Assembly: GCA_963675495.1 (NCBI GenBank)
Contig: OY776215.1
Location: 2,752,001 to 2,816,000 of the forward strand
Direction: 5' to 3'
Length of the DNA: 64,000 nucleotides
From: an uncultured Methanolobus sp.
Lineage (GTDB): Archaea; Halobacteriota; Methanosarcinia; Methanosarcinales; Methanosarcinaceae
Below, piece after piece: positions 51,823 through 64,000 of this stretch (position 1 is its first letter; the number at the start of each line of letters is the position of its first letter). The notes below the pieces were generated by a model, which searched no databases, was not told the origin of the DNA, and was given only the letters and a program-made list of their open reading frames with translations. A program made the translations under genes and the position numbers.

Positions 51823-52920
51823 TTATTTTTTCACTGCAAAATATATATTACCAAAGGGTATGCAAGTGGCAGCTATGTAAACAAGTGCTCCTATGATAGG
51901 TATCTCACTTACCAGAAGCAGGACAAACATTCCCAGTGCCAGCTCGATCCATGGTTTTGATTCCTTGTCCATTTTCGTGAGCAAATACTTTCCAACCCAT
52001 ATGCCAGTGAATATCCTTGCAATGTAAAGGCCTGCAAATATCAATGCCATGAGTATCAATCCAAGAGGTATGCCTATCACTGTGATGAATAGCATGAATG
52101 TAAGTATCATGGCTGCTATGAATATTGCAAGACCGACCAGGAATGTTTTTCCCGGTACTTCAGGAGTCTTTGAAACTATATTCTTAATCTGCTCCGGCCA
52201 GATCGCTATTCCCAGAAGGCCTATAAGCACAAGTGAAAGATATCCTATGAACCACGAAAGAATGGAAAATTTGCCATGGTCCTCTTCCTCATATTCCTCT
52301 TGAAGGAAAGCAGTCTCTTTTCCTACTGTTCCCGCAGGAACATTTCCACTTTCAGGACTTCGGTATTTAAGGTCGCCAGTGATGTATGCATCTGGCAGTA
52401 CTACAAGTTGTCCTGTATTCAGGTCAACATTTCCTCCAACTGCACCACCGAGTGTAACTTCACCACCTGACCCTGTGACATTTCCACCCACATCTCCAAG
52501 GAGGCTTAACTGACCTGTTGCAGATGTAAGGTCACCACCAATGGAGCCGGTATTGGATATTTTTGTGTCACCTGAAAGCGATATAAGGTCATCCTGAACG
52601 GTTCCAGTGATCGTCAATGTTCCGGCTGCAACTCTGACATCATCACCAACATTACCTGATATCGTAACGTCCCCTGCAGCAACTATCAGGTCCTGTGTGA
52701 TATTTCCCTGGACATCCACCTGGCCACCGGCAGCTACAACGTCTCCGATAACTGTTCCTCTGATAATGATATTATTGCCAGCGACAACCACATCGTCTTC
52801 TATAACATCGTCTATGATTATTGTATCCACACCTTCAATGGTCGTGAAAGCTGATGCAGGATAGCTAAGCACAAAGATAATAATAAGCAATTTTAACAAA
52901 AGTTCAAACTGTGATTTCAT
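51823..52920 (-). CDS. Membrane protein with N-terminal beta-helix (bactofilin/polymer-forming-like) repeats
   Basis: Signal peptide, GxVxxD(V/L)xAAGGxVxI repeats and several C-terminal TMs. Confidence 0.8.
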   Translation of the reverse strand: MKSQFELLLKLLIIIFVLSYPASAFTTIEGVDTIIIDDVIEDDVVVAGNNIIIRGTVIGDVVAAGGQVDVQGNITQDLIVAAGDVTISGNVGDDVRVAAGTLTITGTVQDDLISLSGDTKISNTGSIGGDLTSATGQLSLLGDVGGNVTGSGGEVTLGGAVGGNVDLNTGQLVVLPDAYITGDLKYRSPESGNVPAGTVGKETAFLQEEYEEEDHGKFSILSWFIGYLSLVLIGLLGIAIWPEQIKNIVSKTPEVPGKTFLVGLAIFIAAMILTFMLFITVIGIPLGLILMALIFAGLYIARIFTGIWVGKYLLTKMDKESKPWIELALGMFVLLLVSEIPIIGALVYIAATCIPFGNIYFAVKK

Positions 52921-53098
52921 ACTATACTCCCCTTTTATGAATTAATCCCAATAAAGAATTATGTTTTATGGATTAAATGTTTTGTTGGGTCATTGAACTC
53001 TTTGGTAAAAAAGAAAACACAAATAGTCTGATTGTGTTTGTTTCAGATTGGAAATATGGATAAATCAGGGCACAAGTATTGAAATCAAGTAAAAGAGC

Positions 53099-53872
53099 TT
53101 AAGAATCCCTTTTCAAACCCGGATGATTCGGACTGATATCCATCACTGGTCCATTCAATTCCCGTGCCACCCTTTCCAGTATGTCATCGATCTCTTCTGC
53201 TTCTTCTTCACCGATCATGGCAGGATAGATGTCCCTGACGGTCATAAGGCTGGCAGCCGCCAGAGCCAGAGAAATGGATAGCACGTCAATCGTTACTTCT
53301 TCACGGTAATCGAAATCACCCATTGCTCTTTTTATGCCGGGGTGGGCCGCATTGGAGATAAGTATATAAAAGTCATCAAGTTGTTCTTTCTTGCCTCCTG
53401 AGTACAGGATCTCACGTATCCTGGAAGGCCTGAGCCAATGATGCCTGTTCTTCATCTCTCTTTCCTCGTCTTCGGTAAGAGTGCCCAGCTGCTGTTTATA
53501 GAAAATGTATGCCTCCCTGTCGCTCAGGTGAAGTAGATACATCTGTGTTATCCCTTCAAAAACGGTTCTCAGGTTCAGATAAGCAGGATTGTTCAGGCCG
53601 ATGCATGCTAATTTGTAGGCTGCGATCAGATTGTGGTTATTTCGCTCGAACAGCACAGGTACAATGGACCTGGGACCTTCAGGACGTTTACCTGTTCTTT
53701 TGAACTCATCAAGAAATCCGGCATTCAGGATCGTTGTAAGGTAGAACAACAATTCGATCGAATCCTGGAATATGTCTAGTTTGGCAGCATGATCCCTGAT
53801 GATAATGTTTTTTCTGTAGAGAAAGGTTGATTCAATATCGTTGTAGTCACGCCTTTTCTTTCCGGGATTCAT
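53099..53872 (-). CDS. Hypothetical helical protein, possibly HEPN-like (DUF5677-like)
   Basis: AYLNLRTVFE and FYILISNAAHP motifs; stand-alone gene. Confidence 0.6.
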   Translation of the reverse strand: MNPGKKRRDYNDIESTFLYRKNIIIRDHAAKLDIFQDSIELLFYLTTILNAGFLDEFKRTGKRPEGPRSIVPVLFERNNHNLIAAYKLACIGLNNPAYLNLRTVFEGITQMYLLHLSDREAYIFYKQQLGTLTEDEEREMKNRHHWLRPSRIREILYSGGKKEQLDDFYILISNAAHPGIKRAMGDFDYREEVTIDVLSISLALAAASLMTVRDIYPAMIGEEEAEEIDDILERVARELNGPVMDISPNHPGLKRDS

Positions 53873-54101
53873 TTTGATTGTCCTTTTTTGTTGTTTTTTA
53901 TGCGGGTATGGCAGGGATTATGTATAGTTCCTTTTAGAAATTGTTAGGTATGACATTGATAGACATGCATATAAAGGTTATATTTGTTACTCATATGGGG
54001 GGTTCTGTATAACGTTAAATTAGGATTGATTTTATTCTCGTTCCGTTCCCTACATTGAAAAAACACTTATGTACTTTCACCGAGGATCTAGCTCTAAGAA
54101 C

Positions 54102-54596
54102 ATGGACAGATCAGAACTCCTAAGCGCTCTTAAAAAAGAAGCCTGCTATATCTCCAATGAAGATCTGAGCCTTGCCAGAGCCGCTATTATGGAGGCTGTA
54201 GAACACGTCCCTGAACCTTACAAGACGATCTATTCATCCGACTACTTCACTTTCCTTTACGAGAACTTCCTCAGGTTGAAAATACATGACCAGATTCAGA
54301 CTGAAGAAGAGATTGATTCAGAGGATTATGGTTCACTTCTTGATAGCATAAAGGAGAAAAATGACTATGAAGATCGAAAAAGAGAAGCTCTGAGTAGGTT
54401 TACCAGTCTTGTACTTGCATATCTGGTCTTCATAGTGAAAGAGCCACTACATCCTGTCGGGATGGTCTTTCCGGGTGGTCAGAGGATCACTCAGAAAGAG
54501 ATGCATTATTATTGTCCTGTCAAGGACAAGCAAGCAGAGACCAATATCTCATTCTGTGAGTTCTGTATCTGTGAGGACAGTGGTGAATTGGGATAA
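54102..54596 (+). CDS. UPF0305/DUF2115 family methanogen protein
   Basis: EPLHPVGMVFPGG…YYCPVKDKQ…CEFCIC motif. Confidence 0.88.
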   Translation: MDRSELLSALKKEACYISNEDLSLARAAIMEAVEHVPEPYKTIYSSDYFTFLYENFLRLKIHDQIQTEEEIDSEDYGSLLDSIKEKNDYEDRKREALSRFTSLVLAYLVFIVKEPLHPVGMVFPGGQRITQKEMHYYCPVKDKQAETNISFCEFCICEDSGELG

Positions 54597-54716
54597 GTGG
54601 ACAGAATGATTATCTGGAAAAACGGTTGCAGGTTGTCAATTTTATGAGGAACATCACGGCTTTTAATTATCGGTATGAAGGAAAAAAGTTTAGAACCTTA
54701 TTCTTTTTATCTTTTC

Positions 54717-54876
54717 GGACCGTGCCGGCTTCGCCGGAGCCCTCCGGGATGTTCTTAGCTATTCCTGACTTCTGATCAATAAAGTTTGTTGTTCCCTTGT
54801 CTTGTGTTTCTGATAGTTCTACAAAAGGTCATTAACAAAAAAACAGTGCAACCATCCGCCACATGCGGCACGTTCC
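54717..54876. repeat. 160-bp segment with GC-rich terminal inverted repeats (MITE/REP-like candidate)
   Basis: GGACCGTGCCG at 54717 versus CGGCACGTTCC at 54866 (10/11 inverted match). Internal hairpins CCGGC-TTC-GCCGG and CCGC-CACAT-GCGG. Confidence 0.35.
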
Positions 54877-55008
54877 TTCGCTGCCATTCTGAGGACTATT
54901 TTAATAGTTCAGTTATTGAAAAATGCTGAGTTCAAAGTTTCAATTAGAAGGATTCTACAGGGCTGTTTGCTAAAAATGAAAATAGAAAATAGTGCCTGAA
55001 ACTTAAGT

Positions 55009-55632
55009 TCAGGCTTCAAATGAAAGTGCTTTTGTGGGACATGCAGTTATGCATCTTCCGCACTTGATACAGTCCGGCTTCTTGCTGTTGTTATGGACTT
55101 CAAGCTGCATAGGACAACTCTTATCACACTTTTTACAGCTGATACACTTTGATTCATCTAGTTGCAACTGGTACTTGTGACCCCCGATGAAGTTCTGTAC
55201 TGTTCCCATTGGGCAGAATGTACACCAGGTACGTGGACTGACAGTGGTGCCAGCAACTAGTGCAATGGTTGTTGTAACAAGACACATGATTACGAAAACC
55301 ATGCCTATCTGGTTGATAAGACCCTGTGTGCTGAGCAGTCTGTAACCCATGAACCCCATCATCATAAGGAACAATGGGACCCTGATCCAGAAACTTCTGA
55401 GAATTTTTGGTATCTTCTTGTTGCGTGTTATTTTGCCGACCAGGAAATCGTTAAAACTTCCTCTGGGACAGAGATTTCCACAGAACCATCTTCCTCTGAA
55501 GTAGCTTGTTATCAGTAGTGTAGCAAACACAAGCATCAGGAAGTATCCCAGTAGCGGGAACCACAGTCCTCCAATGGAGACGATAATGACTAGTATTCCA
55601 AGATATGGAGTAATTTTTAGCACTTTTTTCAC
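55009..55632 (-). CDS. Membrane-bound 4Fe-4S binding protein (NapH/YccM-like)
   Basis: GRWFCGNLCPRG and RTWCTFCPMG, two C-terminal CxxCxxCxxxCP motifs, and several TMs. Confidence 0.88.
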   Translation of the reverse strand: MKKVLKITPYLGILVIIVSIGGLWFPLLGYFLMLVFATLLITSYFRGRWFCGNLCPRGSFNDFLVGKITRNKKIPKILRSFWIRVPLFLMMMGFMGYRLLSTQGLINQIGMVFVIMCLVTTTIALVAGTTVSPRTWCTFCPMGTVQNFIGGHKYQLQLDESKCISCKKCDKSCPMQLEVHNNSKKPDCIKCGRCITACPTKALSFEA

Positions 55633-55698
55633 CCTTTGTTGATGACGTTTTTAAGTTGATTAATTGAAATCGTTATTAATATGTGAAATTCAATTGAT

Positions 55699-56061
55699 TC
55701 ACTGGTTTTCATCTGCCCATGACTGGAGTGCACTGTCAACTCTTTTGACCCAGCTGTTCACGATCTCCATGATAAGTTCATGAATCTCTTTCTTGCTGCG
55801 TATCTTGTATACAAAGAAGTATCCACCGCCGTCCATGTTGTTCTGGGAGCGAATGAGTATCTTTCTTTCATAGAGTTTCTTTACACTTCGCTGGACAGTT
55901 GACAGATTAAGTTCAAGTTCTTCAGCTATGCTCTCTGTTGTAAGCCAGTTCTGGCCGTATTGCAGGAAATATTTCAATATCTGAATTTCGGCTTTTGTAA
56001 GGTTCAGACCACATTTGATTACAGCTTCAATTTCAAACTCTTTACAGGCAAAGTCAACCAT
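55699..56061 (-). CDS. Archaeal HTH transcriptional regulator (TrmB/MarR-like, with N-terminal Cys residues)
   Basis: IKCGLNLT…TESIAEELELNLSTVQRSVKKL…GGGYFFVY. Confidence 0.85.
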   Translation of the reverse strand: MVDFACKEFEIEAVIKCGLNLTKAEIQILKYFLQYGQNWLTTESIAEELELNLSTVQRSVKKLYERKILIRSQNNMDGGGYFFVYKIRSKKEIHELIMEIVNSWVKRVDSALQSWADENQ

Positions 56062-56179
56062 ATAATACCTCTGTTATTCGACAGTACTGTACTAAAGCAT
56101 CAGCTGTATATAAAGGGTTTTGAGTACTGCTCATAACTGCAAAAAAACAGAAGTACTAAAAAAAGAGTTGAAACGAAAA

Positions 56180-58973
<2,794 letters not shown>

Positions 58974-59229
58974 TCATGCACAATTTTGTTGTGATATTAC
59001 CTAATGGTCATCGTTTTATATATAATTTTGCATAAATTTTATGAAAAATATAACCTATAGTTATTAATATGGGCATTTTGTAGTTTAGATTTGTTTTTTT
59101 AGTATTCCGGGTAAAAGAGAAACCCACTTTCATAAACTGAATAAAGAAAAAGGACTAAAAAGAAAAAAAGCCAGAATCTATGAACTAAAATAATGATGCG
59201 ATACTATTTTCTTTTCCTATGCAAAGGAA

Positions 59230-59814
59230 CTAAGTTAGCAGCATTTCCATAAATGTGTCTTCCCTGACTTTTGGGCTTTTAAGTATCTTTGCAGTTGAAT
59301 TCAGCTCTTGTACAAGTTTATTCACACCAGCCATATGTTCCTTTGTGTCAATCTCTATCTTGTTGATGCATACTATTTCTGCACCTTGTACCTGTTTTTT
59401 TGAATACTCGATAAGCTGATCCACTTGTATTTCAAATCCAGTTGAATTGATAAGCACTATACTTGGAAGCAGCTCAGTATTTGGAAGTGCCATTCTTTCA
59501 AGGTCTGCTTTTAGTTTATGCGGAAGCACAGTTTCTTCAGTTTCAATGAAAACCGTATCAGGACTGAATTCCTCCTGTAGTATCAGTAAGTTACTTCTGA
59601 TGTCCGTATCAAGAGAGCAAGGGATACAAACACTGTTGACTTCCTTTGTCTTAATTCCCAGTCTATCAAGCGTTTTTTCATCATAGTCCACTTCCCCGGT
59701 TTCCTGTACAATAACTCCTATTTTCTCTCCCTTCGAATTCAGGTATTTTGCGAGATCAAGGACCATTGTTGTCTTTCCACTGTCTGTTGCTCCGCCTATG
59801 ATGCTTACTTTCAT
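59230..59814 (-). CDS. CobW/HypB/UreG-like P-loop protein
   Basis: GGATDSGKTT, ETGEVDYD, CIPC and INKIE motifs. Confidence 0.78.
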   Translation of the reverse strand: MKVSIIGGATDSGKTTMVLDLAKYLNSKGEKIGVIVQETGEVDYDEKTLDRLGIKTKEVNSVCIPCSLDTDIRSNLLILQEEFSPDTVFIETEETVLPHKLKADLERMALPNTELLPSIVLINSTGFEIQVDQLIEYSKKQVQGAEIVCINKIEIDTKEHMAGVNKLVQELNSTAKILKSPKVREDTFMEMLLT

Positions 59815-59868
59815 ATTGTTAACTCCTTTTACAATTAGAAAACATCAAAACCGTCAATTGATACTCTC

Positions 59869-62523
59869 TTACTGTTGTTGTATATTGGTAGTTCTTTCCC
59901 TGGGATAAACAGGGATTCGAAAAGTGAATTTGCTGCCATTTCCCGGTTCGCCTTCCACCCATATATTTCCACTTTGCATTTTCAGGTATTCTTTTACAAG
60001 TACGAGTCCAAGACCGGCTCCTCCGTATTTTTTGGTGTTGGAGCTATCCACCTGTATAAAGGGATTGAAGATCCGTTCTCTATCTTCTTCTGCAATTCCA
60101 ATTCCGGTGTCTTCTACGGATACTTCAATTTCTTCATTTTCCACCTTTACATTTACGATAACGTTTCCTTTTTCAGGTGTGAACTTCAAAGCATTCTCTA
60201 CCAGATTATGAAGTATTTCTTTAAACTTATCAACGTCTGCAGTTATTTCAGTGGTACTTTCGTCAATGTTGACAGTGATATTTATCTTTTTTTTTGTGGC
60301 CAGTATTTTTGTACTTCTAATTACTTCCTTGACATACTTAACCGGGTCAAAGGCTGAAAACTTGAGTCCCATCCCCTCAGCTTCTATTTGCGCCAGGTCC
60401 AGCACATTGTTAATGAGGTCCAGTAGTTTGTATCCGGCATCGTTGATGCTTTGCAGGTATCTTTTCTGTTTATCATCAAGTCCTTTGATGTCTTGGTCTA
60501 TAAGGACATCTGAATATCCTATCACAGAATTAAGAGGAGTTCTTAACTCGTGATTCATGTTAGTCAGAAGACCATTTTTACAGAGGTTTGCCTCTTCAGC
60601 AGCTATCCTTGCCAGTAGCATCTGCTCCTCAGTCTTCTTCCTTTCAGTAATATCAACAAGAGTACCGATGACTCTATTGGTTCCACTTTTTCCATTGAAT
60701 GTGGCTCCTTTGGCCAGTACCCATCTCCATTTCCCTGAGCCTGAAAGCATACGTATCTCAAAAGTGAAATTTTGACCATCGTTCACAGATTTTATGATCT
60801 TTGGAATGATATTCTTCTGATCATCCGGGTGCATTAATTCACTCCATTTTTCCGGACTCATCGATGAGTCTTTGTAGCCTAACATTGCATATAATCCTGG
60901 ACTGAAAAAAAACTCATCATGGTTCAGGTCCCATTCCCAAAAACCATGTTCTGAAACCATCATTGCAAGTTTAAGTCTTTCCTCACTTTCTTTGAGTGCC
61001 TCTTCTGCGACAATTCTCCCGGTAATATCCCTTGTGGTTCCGTTGATCGCAATAGGGGCTCCATCATCTCCACGAACGATTTTCCCAAGAATCTCAACAG
61101 GTATCTTCTCCTCATTTTTTTTCAACATTTCGACCTGAAAGACAATTCCGGGAGCATTGGGAGCACCTTCAAATCCTTTTTTCATGTAATTCATCATGAT
61201 TGTGAAATTCTCTTCATCACAATGGTCACTTAATTTTGAGCCGATCCATTCTTCTGGTAAATAACCGAACATGGATTGAATCGAGGGGTTAACATATGTA
61301 AAAACCAGGTTCATATCCATTAACCATATGCAATCCAGGGTGTTTTCAGCAAGAAGCCTGTACTTTTTTTCGCTTTCTATTAGTGCTTCTTCAGCTCTCT
61401 TTTTCTCGCTAACATCTATAATAGAACCCATGTATGCAACCGGTTTGCCTGCAAGGTCTTTAATGATGGTCGTAGATACCCATGCAGGAAATACAGTACC
61501 ATCTTTTCTAAGGGCCCGACGCTCACTCTTAAATCCCGGATGTTTTATTATTTCCAATATTTCAGTTCTATCGTACTGAGTATCAAAGAATTCCTCTACT
61601 TTTTTTCCAATTACTTCTTCCTTGCTCCCATATCCCCACATTTTTAAAGTAGCGTTGTTTACATAACTGATTCTGCCATCAAGTTTCAGAAGTGCCATAC
61701 CATCTATATTAGCTTCTATTGCCTGATCTTTTATTCTAAGTCCTTCTTCAGCTTTTACTCTTTTAGTAATGTCAAGCATGTACCCGACTATTCCTGTAAA
61801 CTGACCGCTTTTATCTTTAATTAACCAGAGGAATAACGAGCCAATGAACAATTCTCCATTTTTACGCTTTAAACGGACCTGTGTTTGGTGATGCCCTTTT
61901 GAAAGAATATGCTTTTTCATGTTCTTTCCCAGAACTTCAAGGTCTACATCGTGATAAACCAAAAGAGATATATGCTTACCCAAAACTTCTTCTGAAGTAT
62001 ATCCAAAGATTATTTCTGAACCTTTGTTCCAGCTTGTTATGATCCATTCCATATCAGTCGAAATAATTGAATAGGGAGATTGCTCAATTATCTTCGACAT
62101 AAATTCCAGAGATTCAGTTGCATGTTTATTTTCAAGGAGCACATTTTTTTTCTTTATGGCTTCTTTTATTGCAATGGGCAGTCTGTTGATGCGCTCTTTT
62201 AGTACGTAATCAGTTGCTCCTGCTTTTATGCTATCCACGGCAATCTCTTCATTTATGAATCCCGTTAGAATTATGAATGGAACAGTGTTATCATATGTGA
62301 GCGAGTATTCAAGTGCCCTCATCCCATCAAATTCAGGAAGTAAATAATCAGAGATTATAATATCCGGTTTGAATTCATATAAACCTTGTAAGAATTCAGC
62401 TTCGTTCTGTGCTAAGTACGGTTCAAATCGGATTCCATTATCTTTTATTTTCCTCTTAGCTAATTCCAGATCTTCAGGTATGTCTTCAACAAACAATATT
62501 TTAATAACCTGATCATCTTTCAT
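59869..62523 (-). CDS. Hybrid sensor histidine kinase (REC, four PAS domains, HisKA, HATPase)
   Basis: ILFVED…ISDYLLP…DYVLK receiver, PAS repeats, H-box NHELRTPL and GGAGLGL. Confidence 0.92.
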   Translation of the reverse strand: MKDDQVIKILFVEDIPEDLELAKRKIKDNGIRFEPYLAQNEAEFLQGLYEFKPDIIISDYLLPEFDGMRALEYSLTYDNTVPFIILTGFINEEIAVDSIKAGATDYVLKERINRLPIAIKEAIKKKNVLLENKHATESLEFMSKIIEQSPYSIISTDMEWIITSWNKGSEIIFGYTSEEVLGKHISLLVYHDVDLEVLGKNMKKHILSKGHHQTQVRLKRKNGELFIGSLFLWLIKDKSGQFTGIVGYMLDITKRVKAEEGLRIKDQAIEANIDGMALLKLDGRISYVNNATLKMWGYGSKEEVIGKKVEEFFDTQYDRTEILEIIKHPGFKSERRALRKDGTVFPAWVSTTIIKDLAGKPVAYMGSIIDVSEKKRAEEALIESEKKYRLLAENTLDCIWLMDMNLVFTYVNPSIQSMFGYLPEEWIGSKLSDHCDEENFTIMMNYMKKGFEGAPNAPGIVFQVEMLKKNEEKIPVEILGKIVRGDDGAPIAINGTTRDITGRIVAEEALKESEERLKLAMMVSEHGFWEWDLNHDEFFFSPGLYAMLGYKDSSMSPEKWSELMHPDDQKNIIPKIIKSVNDGQNFTFEIRMLSGSGKWRWVLAKGATFNGKSGTNRVIGTLVDITERKKTEEQMLLARIAAEEANLCKNGLLTNMNHELRTPLNSVIGYSDVLIDQDIKGLDDKQKRYLQSINDAGYKLLDLINNVLDLAQIEAEGMGLKFSAFDPVKYVKEVIRSTKILATKKKINITVNIDESTTEITADVDKFKEILHNLVENALKFTPEKGNVIVNVKVENEEIEVSVEDTGIGIAEEDRERIFNPFIQVDSSNTKKYGGAGLGLVLVKEYLKMQSGNIWVEGEPGNGSKFTFRIPVYPRERTTNIQQQ

Positions 62524-62817
62524 TTGATTCCCCACTTCCAAGCAAATTTTGACAAACTATGAAGTCAAAACCCTTAAAACCACCACTTTTAATTTGCAGT
62601 TTGACAGTAATCTCAAATTGCTAAATTATTGTCTAATTTATTCCGTAATTGTTACTCAAAACATTATTTGGCTTAATAACTAATAAATCTAGGTGTCAAT
62701 AGCTATAAATTCAACATAAAAAAGTAAAATTTGTGCGGCCATATCAAGATAAGTTTTTTGGATGGGGGGTCAATTTGCACTATGACCCTCCTTCATTTCA
62801 ACGCAAAATGCACAGCA

Positions 62818-63999
62818 TCATGCATCACTTTCCTGTTGTTGGAGTTTCTTCATTTCCTTGATCTCTTTTATTCTCCTTAATATAACTTCTCCAAGGAAAA
62901 TAATAAGAGCTGCCAGCAGGAAGTATATCTTCTGGCTTACATTGTCACGTACCAGTTTTTCAGAGTTACCCTGTGCTTCTTCGAGCAGGTTAGCTCTTGC
63001 CTCGTTTGGAGAAAAGGTGTTTCCTCCATATGCTTTGATAAGTGCGGGGAGGTCTTCGTTCAGTCCTACATCACGGTATTCAAGTGCATAGTTCACTGCC
63101 ACAGGATATCCGGAAAGGTCATGGAGACCAATTGGGCTTGGGTCGATAACGGCTTCATATACATTATTCCCTGTAAGTGAGAGGTCAAGTGCATCACCGT
63201 CCAGCTTCAGGGTGGGAATACCTTCATCATACATTGTCAGCTCGATGGTCACCGGCGTACCGTACCATGTGTCCGGTGCATCTACAACAGCTCCGGTCTC
63301 TTCCCTTGGATTACCGATTGCCCAGTTAACAGTTGAGGACATAAGCTTTGAATTGTTATCCGAGTACAACTGTGTGGCCCACATATTGTCCCCTCCCTGT
63401 CCGTTGTCGGTTGACAGGGCAGCAACTCTTCCAAGCCCGTATCTCCATGTGGTCAGCACCGGCTTTCCGGTACTTGTAATAATAAGCCTGTCAGCTCCGG
63501 CTTTTGGAGTGACATCATTGTACCCTGTGATACTGCCATTTACTTCGATATCTCTGGTAATGAAATGTTTGGTGTTAAGCTCAATAAGGGGATATGTTCC
63601 AATATCAGCCGTTTCTTCATCCTGAGTTTCCTGAAGGTCTTCAAATTCTATATTTGCCCTTTCTCCTTCATTGATGTGGAAATAAACTCCTCCCACTTCA
63701 CTCATCAAAGTTTCTGCAAATATATTGCCGTAGGCATCTCTCTGGGAAGGTGCGCTTGATCTGATATGCACATAATAAAGATTCACACCATTATCAACTA
63801 TATCTTCTGCGATTACCAGACTCTCATCGTATGTCTGCTCAATACCACCATCTGAAATGATTATGATCTCAAGTTCTCCAACTTCGTTTTCCAGCCATTG
63901 CTGAGCAATTGCAAGTCCTTCGTTAAGTGATGTTTCACTTGTACTTCCTGGTGTAAGTGTTTTCATCTCGGATTCCAGAAATTCCAGGTTCGAAGCTGT
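62818..63999 (-). CDS. vWA-domain membrane-anchored protein, C-terminal part (5' end lies outside the window)
   Basis: IIIISDGG vWA segment, PVLTTWRYGLGRVAALSTD, and a C-terminal TM followed by EVILRR. The frame is open to the window edge. Confidence 0.8.
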   Translation of the reverse strand, partial: TASNLEFLESEMKTLTPGSTSETSLNEGLAIAQQWLENEVGELEIIIISDGGIEQTYDESLVIAEDIVDNGVNLYYVHIRSSAPSQRDAYGNIFAETLMSEVGGVYFHINEGERANIEFEDLQETQDEETADIGTYPLIELNTKHFITRDIEVNGSITGYNDVTPKAGADRLIITSTGKPVLTTWRYGLGRVAALSTDNGQGGDNMWATQLYSDNNSKLMSSTVNWAIGNPREETGAVVDAPDTWYGTPVTIELTMYDEGIPTLKLDGDALDLSLTGNNVYEAVIDPSPIGLHDLSGYPVAVNYALEYRDVGLNEDLPALIKAYGGNTFSPNEARANLLEEAQGNSEKLVRDNVSQKIYFLLAALIIFLGEVILRRIKEIKEMKKLQQQESDA

Positions 64000-64000
64000 T

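Overview
Archaeal chromosomal window from a methylotrophic methanogen of the Methanosarcinaceae (Methanolobus-like; inferred from gene content). In order, it contains: the 3' part of an mrpABCDEFG Na+/H+ antiporter operon; sua5; a secreted dockerin protein / two-cohesin protein / membrane-anchored protein trio; smsCB (sufCB); and a translation cluster (rpl7ae, rps28e, rpl24e, ndk, aIF5B, rps6e). Next is a ~9.4 kb divergent locus that looks like an ESCRT-type membrane-remodelling system. It encodes a ribbon-helix-helix regulator missing from the ORF track, an ESCRT-III/Snf7-like protein, a MIT-AAA Vps4-like ATPase, adaptin-appendage-like and Ig-like membrane proteins, a winged-helix protein and an SPFH protein. 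The rest holds pdxST, gyrBA, a methyl-sulfide methyltransferase cluster (PAS/GAF sensor kinase, Msr regulator, Mts corrinoid/MT2 fusion, hydantoinase-like ATPase, divergent thermosome, Ram activase, two more MT2 enzymes), metY-metX, a hybrid histidine kinase and a truncated vWA protein. I recognised no rRNA, tRNA, CRISPR array or transposase. All family calls come from reading motifs by eye; no database searches were run.
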